This document shows positions 37,560-47,700 of a stretch of DNA of 64,000 bases, piece by piece (position 1 is the first letter of the stretch; every line of letters starts with the position of its first letter). This DNA comes from an uncultured Prevotella sp. (GTDB lineage Bacteria > Bacteroidota > Bacteroidia > Bacteroidales > Bacteroidaceae). The DNA lies in assembly GCA_900550365.1 (NCBI GenBank), contig URRR01000005.1, forward strand, positions 40,319 to 104,318. The letters run 5' to 3'. Position numbers and translations under genes: made by a program. The notes below the pieces were generated by a model. The model saw only the letters and a list, made by a program, of their open reading frames with translations, ran no database searches and had not been told where the DNA came from.

Positions 37560-39038
37560 ATGAATAATTCTCACTGTTTTTTCGCTGTCGACCTCGGCGC
37601 GACCAGCGGACGGACCATAGCCGGAACGATTGCCGGCGGCAAGGTGGAACTTGAAGAACTGACCCGCTTCGCCAATAACCTGATAGAGACAGGCGGCCAC
37701 TTCTACTGGGACATCTACGCCCTTTACTTCGAGATTATAAAGGGTCTGAAGCTCGCGGCAAAGCGCGGACTGCAGATTGAAAGCATAGGTATAGACACGT
37801 GGGGAGTCGACTTTGTGTGCGTGGGTGACGACGGGGCGCTGCTGCGTAACCCCATATCATACCGCGACCCCTTCACCGAAGGCGCAATGGAAAGCTACTT
37901 CGCCGACGCCGTTCCGCGTGAGGAAGTCTACCGCACTACCGGCATACAGTTCATGAACTTCAACTCTCTGTTCCAGCTCCATGCCATGCGCCGCGGCGGC
38001 AACTCGGCTCTTAAGAACGCCGCCAGGCTGCTCTTCGTGCCCGACGCGCTGAGCTGGATGCTTACGGGCGAGGCCGTATGCGAGTACACCATAGCCTCAA
38101 CAAGCCAGCTGCTCAACCCCGTAAGCAAAGACCTTGACCCCCTGCTGCTCGAAAGCGTGGGGCTGAAGCGTAGCATGTTCGGCCCGATGGTAGTGCCGGG
38201 ACACAAGATCGGCACACTCACCGAGGAAGTGCAGAAGCTGACAGGACTGGGCCCTGTGCCCGTGATAGCCGTGGCCGGACACGACACGGCGAGCGCAGTG
38301 GCGGCCGTTCCGGCCAAGGATGCCGACTTTGCCTACCTCAGCAGCGGCACGTGGAGCCTGATGGGAATAGAGACAAAAGAGCCTATTATTAATAAGGTAA
38401 GCTACGAACGCAACTTTACCAACGAGGGAGGTATCGAGGGAACCACGCGCTTCCTGAAGAACATCTGCGGCATGTGGCTGCTCGAGCGGTGCCGCAAGGA
38501 GTGGGGAGACGACGCTCCCGCCGACTACGGCCGCCTCATGGCAGACGCCATGCAGGCACCCGCGTTCCAGAGCACGGTCAACCCTGACGACCCTGCATTT
38601 GCCAATCCGGCCTGCATGCAGGAGGCTATCAACACCTACTGCAGTGCCACCGGCCAGCACGTTCCGCAGGGATATGCCGAGACTTGCCGCTGCATCTTCG
38701 AGAGTCTGGCCCTGCGCTACCGCCAGGTAGCCGGCTGGCTGAAGGAGATGGCGCCCTTCTCTATCAGCACGCTGCACATCATCGGCGGCGGCTCAAGGAA
38801 CGACCTGCTCAACCAGTTCACAGCCAACGCCACCGGGCTTACCGTGCTTGCAGGCCCTCAGGAGTGTACCGCGCTGGGCAACATCATGCTACAGGCCAAG
38901 GCGGCAGGCCTCGCCGGCGACATATTCGACATGCGCGGCATCATCGCCCGCAGCACAACGATGAAGCGCTTTGAGCCGCAGGACCGCGAGACTTGGGACA
39001 AGGCTTACGCCCGATATCTCGAAATAACAGAGAAATAA
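37560..39038 (+). CDS. rhaB: rhamnulokinase
   Basis: AVDLGATSGR, GIDTWGVD, GHDTASAV, SSGTWSL, FTNEGG and IIGGGS. TACCTTTG at 37452-37459. Confidence 0.95.
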   Translation: MNNSHCFFAVDLGATSGRTIAGTIAGGKVELEELTRFANNLIETGGHFYWDIYALYFEIIKGLKLAAKRGLQIESIGIDTWGVDFVCVGDDGALLRNPISYRDPFTEGAMESYFADAVPREEVYRTTGIQFMNFNSLFQLHAMRRGGNSALKNAARLLFVPDALSWMLTGEAVCEYTIASTSQLLNPVSKDLDPLLLESVGLKRSMFGPMVVPGHKIGTLTEEVQKLTGLGPVPVIAVAGHDTASAVAAVPAKDADFAYLSSGTWSLMGIETKEPIINKVSYERNFTNEGGIEGTTRFLKNICGMWLLERCRKEWGDDAPADYGRLMADAMQAPAFQSTVNPDDPAFANPACMQEAINTYCSATGQHVPQGYAETCRCIFESLALRYRQVAGWLKEMAPFSISTLHIIGGGSRNDLLNQFTANATGLTVLAGPQECTALGNIMLQAKAAGLAGDIFDMRGIIARSTTMKRFEPQDRETWDKAYARYLEITEK

Positions 39039-39111
39039 TACCGCTGCCGCCCCTCAGCAAGCCGGAATACAGATAACAGAATCTAACAACATAAACCTTA
39101 AAACGTAGAAA

Positions 39112-40365
39112 ATGAAAGAAGAACTGATAACCAAGGCATATGAGAACGCCAAAGAACGCTACGCCGAACTGGGCGTAGACACAGAGAAAGTCATTACCCA
39201 GATGCAGGACTTCCACCTCAGCCTGCACTGCTGGCAGACTGATGACGTAATCGGATTTGAGAACCTTACCGGCTCGCTCAGCGGCGGAATAACCACCACA
39301 GGCAACTATCCCGGCCGCGCACGCAATATCGACGAGGTGCGCATGGACATCGAGAAGGCCAAAAGCCTCATACCCGGCACCCACCGTCTGAACCTGCACG
39401 AGATTTACGGAGACTTCAAGGGCAAGGCCGTTGACCGTGACCAGTGCCTGCCGGAGCACTTCCAGAGCTGGATAGACTGGGCCAAGGAGAACAACATGAA
39501 GCTGGACTTCAACTCTACTTCGTTCTCTCACCCCAAGAGCGGAAGCCTTACTCTGGCCAACCCTGACGACGGAATACGCAACTTCTGGATAGAGCACACC
39601 AAGCGTTGCCGCGCCATCGCCGAGGCGATAGGCAAGGCGCAGGGCGACCCTTGCATAATGAACCTGTGGGTACATGACGGCAGCAAGGACATGACCGTAA
39701 ACAAGCTGAAGTACCGCGAGCTGCTGAAGGCATCGCTCGACGAGATTTTCGCCACTGAATACAGCCACATGAAGGACTGCCTCGAGAGCAAGGTGTTCGG
39801 CTTAGGACTGGAGAGCTACACCGTAGGTTCTAATGATTTTTACACCGCTTACGCCGCCAAGAACAACAAAATCATCACCCTTGACACCGGCCACTTCCAC
39901 CCGACGGAGAGCGTTGCCGACAAGGTGTCGGCCATGTTGCTGTTTGTGCCCGAGCTGATGCTGCACGTCAGCCGCCCCGTACGCTGGGACTCTGACCACG
40001 TTACGATAATGGACGACCCTACGATGGACCTCTTCAACGAGATTGTACGTGCCGGGGCGCTTGACCGCGTGCACTACGGCCTTGACTATTTCGACGCGTC
40101 CATCAACCGCATCGGCGCTTACGTGATAGGCAGCCGCGCCGCCCAGAAATGCATGCTGAGGGCCATGCTCGAGCCACTGGACATCATCCGCAAGTATGAG
40201 GATGAGGGCAAGGGCTTCGAGAGGCTGGCCATGCTTGAGGAGGAGAAGGCTCTTCCGTGGAACGCAGTTTATGATGAGTTCTGCCTGAGGAACGATGTTC
40301 CGGTAGGAAAAGACTTCATAGCTGAGGTGGAACAGTATGAAAAGGACGTTACAATAAAACGATAG
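39112..40365 (+). CDS. rhaA: L-rhamnose isomerase
   Basis: SLHCWQ.DD, GNYPGRAR, ESKVFG.G.ESYTVGS, LDTGHFHPTE, HVSRPVRWDSDH and LDYFDASINR. Confidence 0.97.
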   Translation: MKEELITKAYENAKERYAELGVDTEKVITQMQDFHLSLHCWQTDDVIGFENLTGSLSGGITTTGNYPGRARNIDEVRMDIEKAKSLIPGTHRLNLHEIYGDFKGKAVDRDQCLPEHFQSWIDWAKENNMKLDFNSTSFSHPKSGSLTLANPDDGIRNFWIEHTKRCRAIAEAIGKAQGDPCIMNLWVHDGSKDMTVNKLKYRELLKASLDEIFATEYSHMKDCLESKVFGLGLESYTVGSNDFYTAYAAKNNKIITLDTGHFHPTESVADKVSAMLLFVPELMLHVSRPVRWDSDHVTIMDDPTMDLFNEIVRAGALDRVHYGLDYFDASINRIGAYVIGSRAAQKCMLRAMLEPLDIIRKYEDEGKGFERLAMLEEEKALPWNAVYDEFCLRNDVPVGKDFIAEVEQYEKDVTIKR

Positions 40366-40494
40366 GCCCGTAAGCCACACTGCCATAACAGGCCATAAGG
40401 TCAAAGCCGGCATGCCGGCCGGTCGTCTTTACGGCAAGACATGCCGGCTTTAACCTTTTCAATCAGCATAACTTAATATATTCATAAATAAAGA

Positions 40495-41508
40495 ATGGAC
40501 ATTCTTATAGGTCTCGGCATAATCGCCTTAGGCGCATTATGCCAGTCGAGCTGTTACGTTCCGATTAACCGGATTAAGTCCTGGAGCTGGGAGTCTTACT
40601 GGCTCGTGCAGGGCATTTTCGCATGGCTTGTGTTCCCGTTGCTGGGCGCAATGCTTGCCGTTCCTGCCGGCCGGAGCCTCACCGAGCTGTACGCTGCCGA
40701 CCCTGAGGCGTCGCTGCTGACGGTGTTCTTCGGCGTGTTGTGGGGCATCGGCGGACTTACGTTCGGCCTGTCGATGCGCTATCTGGGCGTGGCTCTCGGC
40801 CAAAGCATAGCCTTAGGCACGTGTGCAGGATTAGGAACGGTGCTCACTCCCGTGTTCACCGGCCATACCGACGAGCTTACCGCGCCCGTGATAACAGGCG
40901 TGGTGGTTACTCTTATCGGCATAGGAGTAATCGGAGCGGCCGGCCACATGAAGTCGCAGGCACTTAGCGACGAGGAGAAGCGCGAGGCGGTTAAGGACTT
41001 CAACTTTGCCAAGGGCATAACGGTGGCGCTGCTGGCGGGCTTCATGAGCGCATGCTTCAGCATCGGACTGGGTTTCGGCTCGCATCTTAACTTCGGCGAA
41101 GCTACCGACCCCATGTTCCGCACTCTGCCCGCAACGCTGCTCGTAACGGCAGGAGGATTCATCACGAACGCCGTCTACTGCTTCTGGCAGAACGGCCGGA
41201 ACAAGACGTGGAAAGACTATTCAGATACCCGCCTTTACGCCAACAACATCGTGTTCTGCGCCCTCGCGGGCCTGCTGTGGTACAGCCAGTTCTTCGGACT
41301 GAGCCTCGGCAAAGGCTTCCTTGCCGGTTCGGCGGTGCTGCTGACGTTCTCATGGTGCATCCTGATGGCGCTCAACGTGACGTTCAGCAACGTGTGGGGA
41401 ATAATCCTGAAAGAGTGGAAAGGCTGCCGGCCGAAGACTATCGCCGTGCTGATTGCGGGCCTGGTGATACTCATCGTGTCGTCGTTCCTGCCGCAACTGA
41501 TAGGATAA
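40495..41508 (+). CDS. rhaT: L-rhamnose/H+ symporter
   Basis: WSWESYW, WGIGGLTFGLSMRYLG.ALGQSI and WGIILKEWKG. Confidence 0.95.
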   Translation: MDILIGLGIIALGALCQSSCYVPINRIKSWSWESYWLVQGIFAWLVFPLLGAMLAVPAGRSLTELYAADPEASLLTVFFGVLWGIGGLTFGLSMRYLGVALGQSIALGTCAGLGTVLTPVFTGHTDELTAPVITGVVVTLIGIGVIGAAGHMKSQALSDEEKREAVKDFNFAKGITVALLAGFMSACFSIGLGFGSHLNFGEATDPMFRTLPATLLVTAGGFITNAVYCFWQNGRNKTWKDYSDTRLYANNIVFCALAGLLWYSQFFGLSLGKGFLAGSAVLLTFSWCILMALNVTFSNVWGIILKEWKGCRPKTIAVLIAGLVILIVSSFLPQLIG

Positions 41509-41514
41509 TATACT

Positions 41515-41694
41515 TTAACCCAAACCGGTCATTAGAGCGTCGTTCCGACTCTTTGGACGCTTCACGCTTTCTGTCGCTCATCTGCCCGCGTTCTCCACCT
41601 TGACTTAGCCCGCTAAGCCTGCGGCGAAGTCCGCAGTCATCTGAACAGCATAAACTGCAAAGCGTCTCAAAGTCTAATGACCGATTTGGGTTAA
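41515..41694. mobile_element. putative MITE, 180 bp with 22-bp terminal inverted repeats
   Basis: ttaacccaaaccggtcattaga ... tctaatgaccgatttgggttaa (one mismatch); internal hairpins; no ORF. Confidence 0.7.
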
Positions 41695-41698
41695 CGAC

Positions 41699-41740
41699 AT
41701 GCAGAAAGGCCGCCTAAGGGCGGCCTTTCTGCATAAAAAA
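41699..41740. terminator. bidirectional terminator-like hairpin between rhaT and rhaD
   Basis: atgcagaaaggccgcc-taag-ggcggcctttctgcat followed by aaaaaa. Confidence 0.8.
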
Positions 41741-41858
41741 TACGCCTCCAATGTTTCACAACATCGGAGACGCGCATTCAATTTAACTATTAAACTAATA
41801 TTATCTGAGAATGATAAGATTTTAAATTACTGCTGTTTTTATTGTTGTTTTGTCGTAC

Positions 41859-42668
41859 TTATTTTGGCAAATTGAATGCTTTTGTCATCTCGGCCATCTG
41901 TTCGTCGCTCATACCTTCAGGCTCTTCGCCCATGTTCTTGGCGGCGATGTATATCAGGGCGCTCTTGTTCAGCACGTCAACCTGGTCGAAAGCCTGCATT
42001 ATGTCGGTGTCGATAGCGAACACACCGTGCTTCTCCCACATCGCAACGTCATAGTCGTCGAGCTGTCGTACAGTCTCCTCAGCCAGCTTGACGCTGCTGG
42101 GCAGCTCGTAAGGAATAATGCCCAAGCCGCGCGGGCAGAAGGCCTTTGTCTCGGGTATCATGCTCCAGAGCAGTTTTGTCAGCACGTCCTTGCCGAGGAA
42201 CTTGCGTATATGTGTCATAGCGACAAGCTCTATCGGGTGGGTGTGCAGCGACGCACGGTAAGGCGAGCCTTTCTCTATCAGGTGGTCGTGCACCATGAGA
42301 TGTGACGGCAGCTCACTCGTAGGATTGACCGGATTGTCAGCTATGATTACGTAACTTGCGCAGTCGTCAAGTATCCTTATCACGCTACCGTTCTCCATCG
42401 GGCGGCGTGCCAGGTCGCGCATACGGCGGTTAGTGCCTTTGCAGAAGAAGTAAGCACCTTTCAAATGGGGCAGAGTAACTCCGATCTGCTTCACCTCGCT
42501 TATGGCCGGCATCTGCCTTATCTCGTCGTCAACCAGCTCGGTTACGTTTACGGTGATGTTTCCACCGTTGCGCTCGGCCCACCCTTTCTGCCAGAGATAG
42601 CCGGCAACTTCAGCCACTTTATCAACTTCTTGCTTCAAGGCCGGACGGCCGTCAAGTACACTTTTCAT
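41859..42668 (-). CDS. rhaD: rhamnulose-1-phosphate aldolase
   Basis: Start taken at MKSVLDG. WAERNGGN, PTSELPSH, LHTHP, MIPE and WEKHG. TATCTTTG promoter element just upstream. Confidence 0.95.
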   Translation of the reverse strand: MKSVLDGRPALKQEVDKVAEVAGYLWQKGWAERNGGNITVNVTELVDDEIRQMPAISEVKQIGVTLPHLKGAYFFCKGTNRRMRDLARRPMENGSVIRILDDCASYVIIADNPVNPTSELPSHLMVHDHLIEKGSPYRASLHTHPIELVAMTHIRKFLGKDVLTKLLWSMIPETKAFCPRGLGIIPYELPSSVKLAEETVRQLDDYDVAMWEKHGVFAIDTDIMQAFDQVDVLNKSALIYIAAKNMGEEPEGMSDEQMAEMTKAFNLPK

Positions 42669-42880
42669 AGGTATTGTGTTTATTTTTTGCAAAGATAGTG
42701 ATTTTCCATGGTACCACCTCAGAAGTAATTGACATATATACTGCATTTTTTGACATACCGGCGCAAGCTGCAACGGATAAAAACCGTAAGCTGCGGAGCG
42801 GCTGAAGTTACGGTTAATCCTTAACAGCGGCAATACAGGTGAAGGCTGTAAGCAAAACAAGGCGTGGCGCTTTCAATCCG

Positions 42881-42968
42881 TAAAGGCCGTCTTTTACAAG
42901 GCAAAAGACCGTCAAACGCACGCCAAAAGGCCGTCTTTCGCAAAGCAAAAGACGGCCTTTTGGCGTGC
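42881..42968. repeat. REP-like palindromic cluster
   Basis: Contains a 54-bp segment (42910-42963) repeated at 44584-44637. Confidence 0.9.
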
Positions 42969-43139
42969 ATTTTAAAATTAGTCAGGCATAAGAAAACCCG
43001 AAAATAAACTCAAAAGAAATTTGAATAAAAATTAAAAAGGAAAGTTTAAAACAGGTTCTAAGATTTTTTCTATTTTTGCAATCAAATAGAGACAGCTTTA
43101 AGATTATAAAAAAGAATCTATATAAAATATCTACCATAA

Positions 43140-44444
43140 ATGAAAAAGATTTTTACATTGTTATGTGTTTGCTTATTTGTGGGAGCTCCTTTTGCATACG
43201 GACAAATAAGAGAAACAGATTTGGATGCTTCCGAAAAAGCATATGTATTATCTCGTTTTTGCACAGAAGTAAAATATAATTTTGCTTTTTATGATAAACT
43301 AAAATTCGATTGGGATAGTTTATGTATAGCTTCGATGCCAGCTTTGACAGAAACTTCATCCGATGAAGATTTCTTGAAAGGGATGCAAATTCTTTGTAAT
43401 CAGCTGCATGACGGACATACATATATTTTTCCGATGAATAATCCCGAAAATCAGGCAGATTGGATTCGACCGTTCCCAATGAAGACCAAACGAATCGGAG
43501 ATAGAGTATTTGTAACGGATGTATATAATTCAAATCTACAACAGTGGGGAGTATGTCCTGGGTGTGAGATTATAGAAATAGATGGCGAAAATGTGCTGGA
43601 TTATGGGAATAGACATATTCGGCCTTATATAGCTTCTTCAACTCCTCAATGGGCAAAATACAGGCCATTTGCAGAATTTGAATTGACCAAGGATAAAGGC
43701 TCTAAATCAAGTAAAATTTTATTCAGGAATAAAAAAGGGAAGGAGTTCGTAGTAGAGAGTAACAGGAACCTTTCATGGGACTTAAAAAAAGATTCTCCTT
43801 CAATAAGTTTCAGTATAAAGGAAGATAATATAGGTTTGTTAACTGTGAATAGTTTTCAAAACTCCGGTTTCAATCGTGAATATTTTGATGAACTTTATGA
43901 TGAAATATTAAAAACAGATGCTTTAATTATTGATATTCGCAATAATAGTGGTGGAAATTCATTACATGCAGATTACCTTATCAGTCATTTTATCCAACAC
44001 CCCATTCCACAAGGAACATGGAGCTCACCAATGTATATAGCCGCTCATGCCTCTTGGAATTATCCACGAGAATGGTATATGCAAACTCCTAATCCTGTTA
44101 CACCTATTAATGAAAAAGAAATTTATCAGAAACCTATTGTGCTATTGGTAAATGCTAATACTTTTTCTTCTGCTGAAAATTTTTGTGTAATGTTCAGGGG
44201 TGCTAAAAGAGGAAAAATTATAGGAACTCCTACCGGAGGAAGTACAGGAAATCCAATCTTTATTGACCTTGGATTTGGATTGGGTTGTTGCATTTGCACA
44301 AAACATGAATTAGATACTGATGGAAATGAATTTATAGGTATTGGAATTCAACCAGACATTGTAGCTGAAGAAGATATTGACACGTTTCTAAATAATGGAG
44401 ATAGCGTAATAGAAAAAGCCCTTGATTTTCTGAGAAACAAGTAA
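43140..44444 (+). CDS. secreted S41 family peptidase, AT-rich
   Basis: Signal peptide; LHDGHT, LIIDIRNNSGG, TFSSAE.F, IIGTPTGG and GIGIQPDI. Visibly AT-rich versus neighbours. Confidence 0.9.
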   Translation: MKKIFTLLCVCLFVGAPFAYGQIRETDLDASEKAYVLSRFCTEVKYNFAFYDKLKFDWDSLCIASMPALTETSSDEDFLKGMQILCNQLHDGHTYIFPMNNPENQADWIRPFPMKTKRIGDRVFVTDVYNSNLQQWGVCPGCEIIEIDGENVLDYGNRHIRPYIASSTPQWAKYRPFAEFELTKDKGSKSSKILFRNKKGKEFVVESNRNLSWDLKKDSPSISFSIKEDNIGLLTVNSFQNSGFNREYFDELYDEILKTDALIIDIRNNSGGNSLHADYLISHFIQHPIPQGTWSSPMYIAAHASWNYPREWYMQTPNPVTPINEKEIYQKPIVLLVNANTFSSAENFCVMFRGAKRGKIIGTPTGGSTGNPIFIDLGFGLGCCICTKHELDTDGNEFIGIGIQPDIVAEEDIDTFLNNGDSVIEKALDFLRNK

Positions 44445-44583
44445 AATTCTGATTTCACAGAACGGAACAATGGTTAAACACCTGCTTCCCCGGACCTCCG
44501 GCAGAAATTAGAATACAGAAAACATTTCTGATAAACCGGGTGACATACTGCTCATGATAACGTGAGTCCGGTGTAAGAAGTCA

Positions 44584-44637
44584 CGTCAAACGCACACTAA
44601 AAGGCCGTCTTTCGCAAAGCAAAAGACGGCCTTTTGG
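44584..44637. repeat. REP-like palindrome, direct copy of 42910-42963
   Basis: 52 of 54 bases identical. Confidence 0.92.
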
Positions 44638-44714
44638 AACGTTGTCTGACTGTAAGACATGAACAAACGATGATGAGGTGAACGGCCGGTGACGCACGTC
44701 GGCCGCGCAAAGGG

Positions 44715-47700
44715 CTACCGTGTGAGCGAGAACTTCAGGCTGAGGCCGAAGTCCTGGGTCGTTGTAGGATAACTGCTTGACGAAAGCAGAGGTGTGTTTG
44801 TCTGCATGTCGTAATAGAAACTCATCGTGAGCAGGCGCGACAATGTATAGTCGGCTGAGAACGACAGCTTGAATGCCGTGTTGCCGCTGCTGGCCGAACT
44901 GGTCATCGAGGCTATGTCGCGGCAGATTGAGGCCTGCTTGCGGTAAGACAGGTCAAGGCGCAGATTGAGGTCGGTATTGAAGCCGCTGCTGCGCGTCGAG
45001 GATGTGCGGCTGTTGTCGTTGTTGTCCTTGTTTCCCGACGAACGTACACGACGGCGGTTGCGTCCGCCGAAAAGCTTGAAGTTGTTAATCTTGTAACCTA
45101 AGCCCACTACCCAGTCACGGCTGGTGGCTTCGTTAATCTGTATGCTCGTCATACTTAAGCTCAGCACGCGCGTTGTGCGGTATTCCAGCTTACAGGTAAG
45201 ATTGTTGTTGAACGTCATGTCAATGCCGAGCAGAGGCGAGAAGGCCTCGTTGATGCTCACTGTGCTGACGTTATACATGCTGCCCGGCACGGGGTTGCCC
45301 GTGGTGGCGTCATTGATGAAGCCGAGACCGTTCATATATTCCATGAACGTGCTGTACGTATTGTATGAGCCTACGGCGTAAATGCTCTTGTAAGCGTGGT
45401 TGATGTTGAAGCTCTTGAACACGTCACGGAACCACGGCAGCTGCACCAGTCCGCTGTAACGCACGGTCCAGTTGGGCAGCAGACGTGCCAGCGTGGGGAA
45501 TATTGAAAGCGAATTGCCGCCCATGGATGTATAGGCTGACAGGAACGCCGGTATCATAACGTCGGCGCTGTACTTGCTTACCGAGCCGTTGGCGGGGTCG
45601 AACGGCTGTCCGGCAAGGGCTGTCCCGGCAGGATAAACGGCACCGGCATACTGGGCCTCTACACGGTCACGGAAGCCGTCAAGCGAGCGGCAGAACTTCT
45701 CGAACGTGGCCGAGTGGTAGCCGTTGGTGGCGTCGCCCATGCTCTCAAACGCGCTGCCGAGGCTTATCGTGGTCATTGTCAGCGTTCCGCTCTGCGTCGT
45801 GGGCATGCCTGAATACATGTACTGTATGCTCTTCGACTTTGTCTCCGTGCGGCTGGCGTTAAGGTCTATCTTCAGATTCTTTATCGGCTCAAGCGTCATG
45901 CGGAGCTGGAAGTCCTCGGTAAGGCTGGTTGTGGCAGGTGTGGCTATGCTGTCGTTCATGAGCAGCCAGCCGCGGTCAGCCGCCTTGTTGATATAGTCGT
46001 CGCCCTCAAAACCGAAGGCAAAGCCCAGTCCGGGAGACATGATGTCGCCGCCACGCTGGCCGAAGATGTCGCCTACCTCTGGCATGAAGCCCGGCAGATA
46101 CATGCTGTACTGGTTACGGTAAGAGAAACTTACGTTGCGCACAAGCATCAGTCCGCGCGCTATGCACTGGGCCGTCTTGTACCACGTGGTCTCCTCAAGC
46201 GGAGCCTTCGGCGTGACGGTCAGCTTCAGTGTGGTAGCCGTGTCAACCTTTGAGGTTATCTTTATGCGGTTGTTGTCAAGGCGCTTATACTTGATATTAA
46301 ACTTCCGGCCGTCACGTGTCCGCGCGTTTACCATGAGCCGGCGGCTGTTCTTACCGTGCGAGACGATAAGCGACGTGTCGGGCATGAGCACTATCTCCTT
46401 TTCAAAGCTGCGCTTGTTCTTGGGCAGGGTCTTGGCTTCTTTCTCGCTGTCTTTGTCGCCCTTGCCGTCCTTCGCGGCAGTATTTGTTTTCCGGCTGGTA
46501 CGCCGGCGTGACGACGAGAGGCGTGACGAACGGGTTGTCTTGTTGAATCTGTCGTTGGCTTTCTTCAGGAACGGCACATGATTGTACAGCTTCTCGAGGT
46601 TGAACGAGCCGTTGATGTTGTACATTCGGTTCATCGTTATCGAGTTGCCGAGCGACGTGCCGTCCTCAAGCTCGGTGCCGCGTGTCCAGTTGTAGGTGGC
46701 GTTATAGTTGCCGTCGGCGTTCACCCAGTCGAAAATCGGTATGAGATTGAGCGGCAACTGATATGATGCCGTGAACGTCTGGTTATAGTCGAGCGGGCGG
46801 CCAAACTCCTTTATACTTGTCCATACGGAGTCTTTCCAGGCCGAGTAACGGTCAGGATAAAGGTCTTTGTTCACCGGGGTGTACGGCTCTTCTATCTCGG
46901 CGTTGGTAGCGCTGCTGAAGTTCATGTGCAGATTCTTGGTCAGGTCCCAGCGTATCGAGAACGCCCTGTTCCAAAGGAACTGCTCACTGAACGTAAGAGG
47001 CAGCATGTTGCCCTCAGTACTTTCCATGTCTCGTTCCTGCAGCTCATAATAGTTTCTGGTCATCTCGGTGTCGAACGTGATGTTCTGCGGCAGCCAGTTA
47101 AGTCCGAAGCGTTTAAGTATGTCAAACCATTTACTCTTGCTCTTGATAAGCTTCTTGAACGGTTCAAAGGGCTTGTAGACAGGCGTGTAGCTGTAGTTTA
47201 ACGCCCCGCGCCAGTTGTCCTCACGCTCGTAGACAGTGGTCTGGCCCGTAGCGTAACGGTGGCTGTGGCTGTAACTGAACGAGAAGTTGGCCGGGTCATA
47301 CGGCATCGGGTGACGTTTGGTCTGTATGCCTACGCGCACATTTGAGAGTGAGAAGTTAGTGTTAGTGGTCTTGGTCACGGCTATACGCTCTATCGAGTCA
47401 CGCTCGTGAGGGTCAGAGATAGCGTCAAGAGACTCGTCAAGCAGCAGGTCAGTGTCAAGCGGATTATACTTCGGGCGCGTCTCTTCCTTGGTTATCGAGT
47501 AATAAAGAGGTGCCGACACCTTGGCCTTTTCGGGGAAGAATCGCCCGAGCTCAAGGTTTGCCGTGAAGCTGTAAGTCTTGTAATCGTCCTGTGAGCGCTC
47601 GGCCACGCCGTCCTCAATGCCGCCGAAACCATTGGTCACAATCTTGCCCGAGGCGTTCAGTGTGCCGATATCTGACAGCTGTACGTTGAGCGTTCCCTGG

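Noticed and set aside
42669..42860. Extended N-termini of rhaD (also murF to 10210, dxs from 60853, ygbA-like to 2985)
   Set aside because: Extensions run through promoter motifs or repeats; downstream ATGs fit the family N-termini better.
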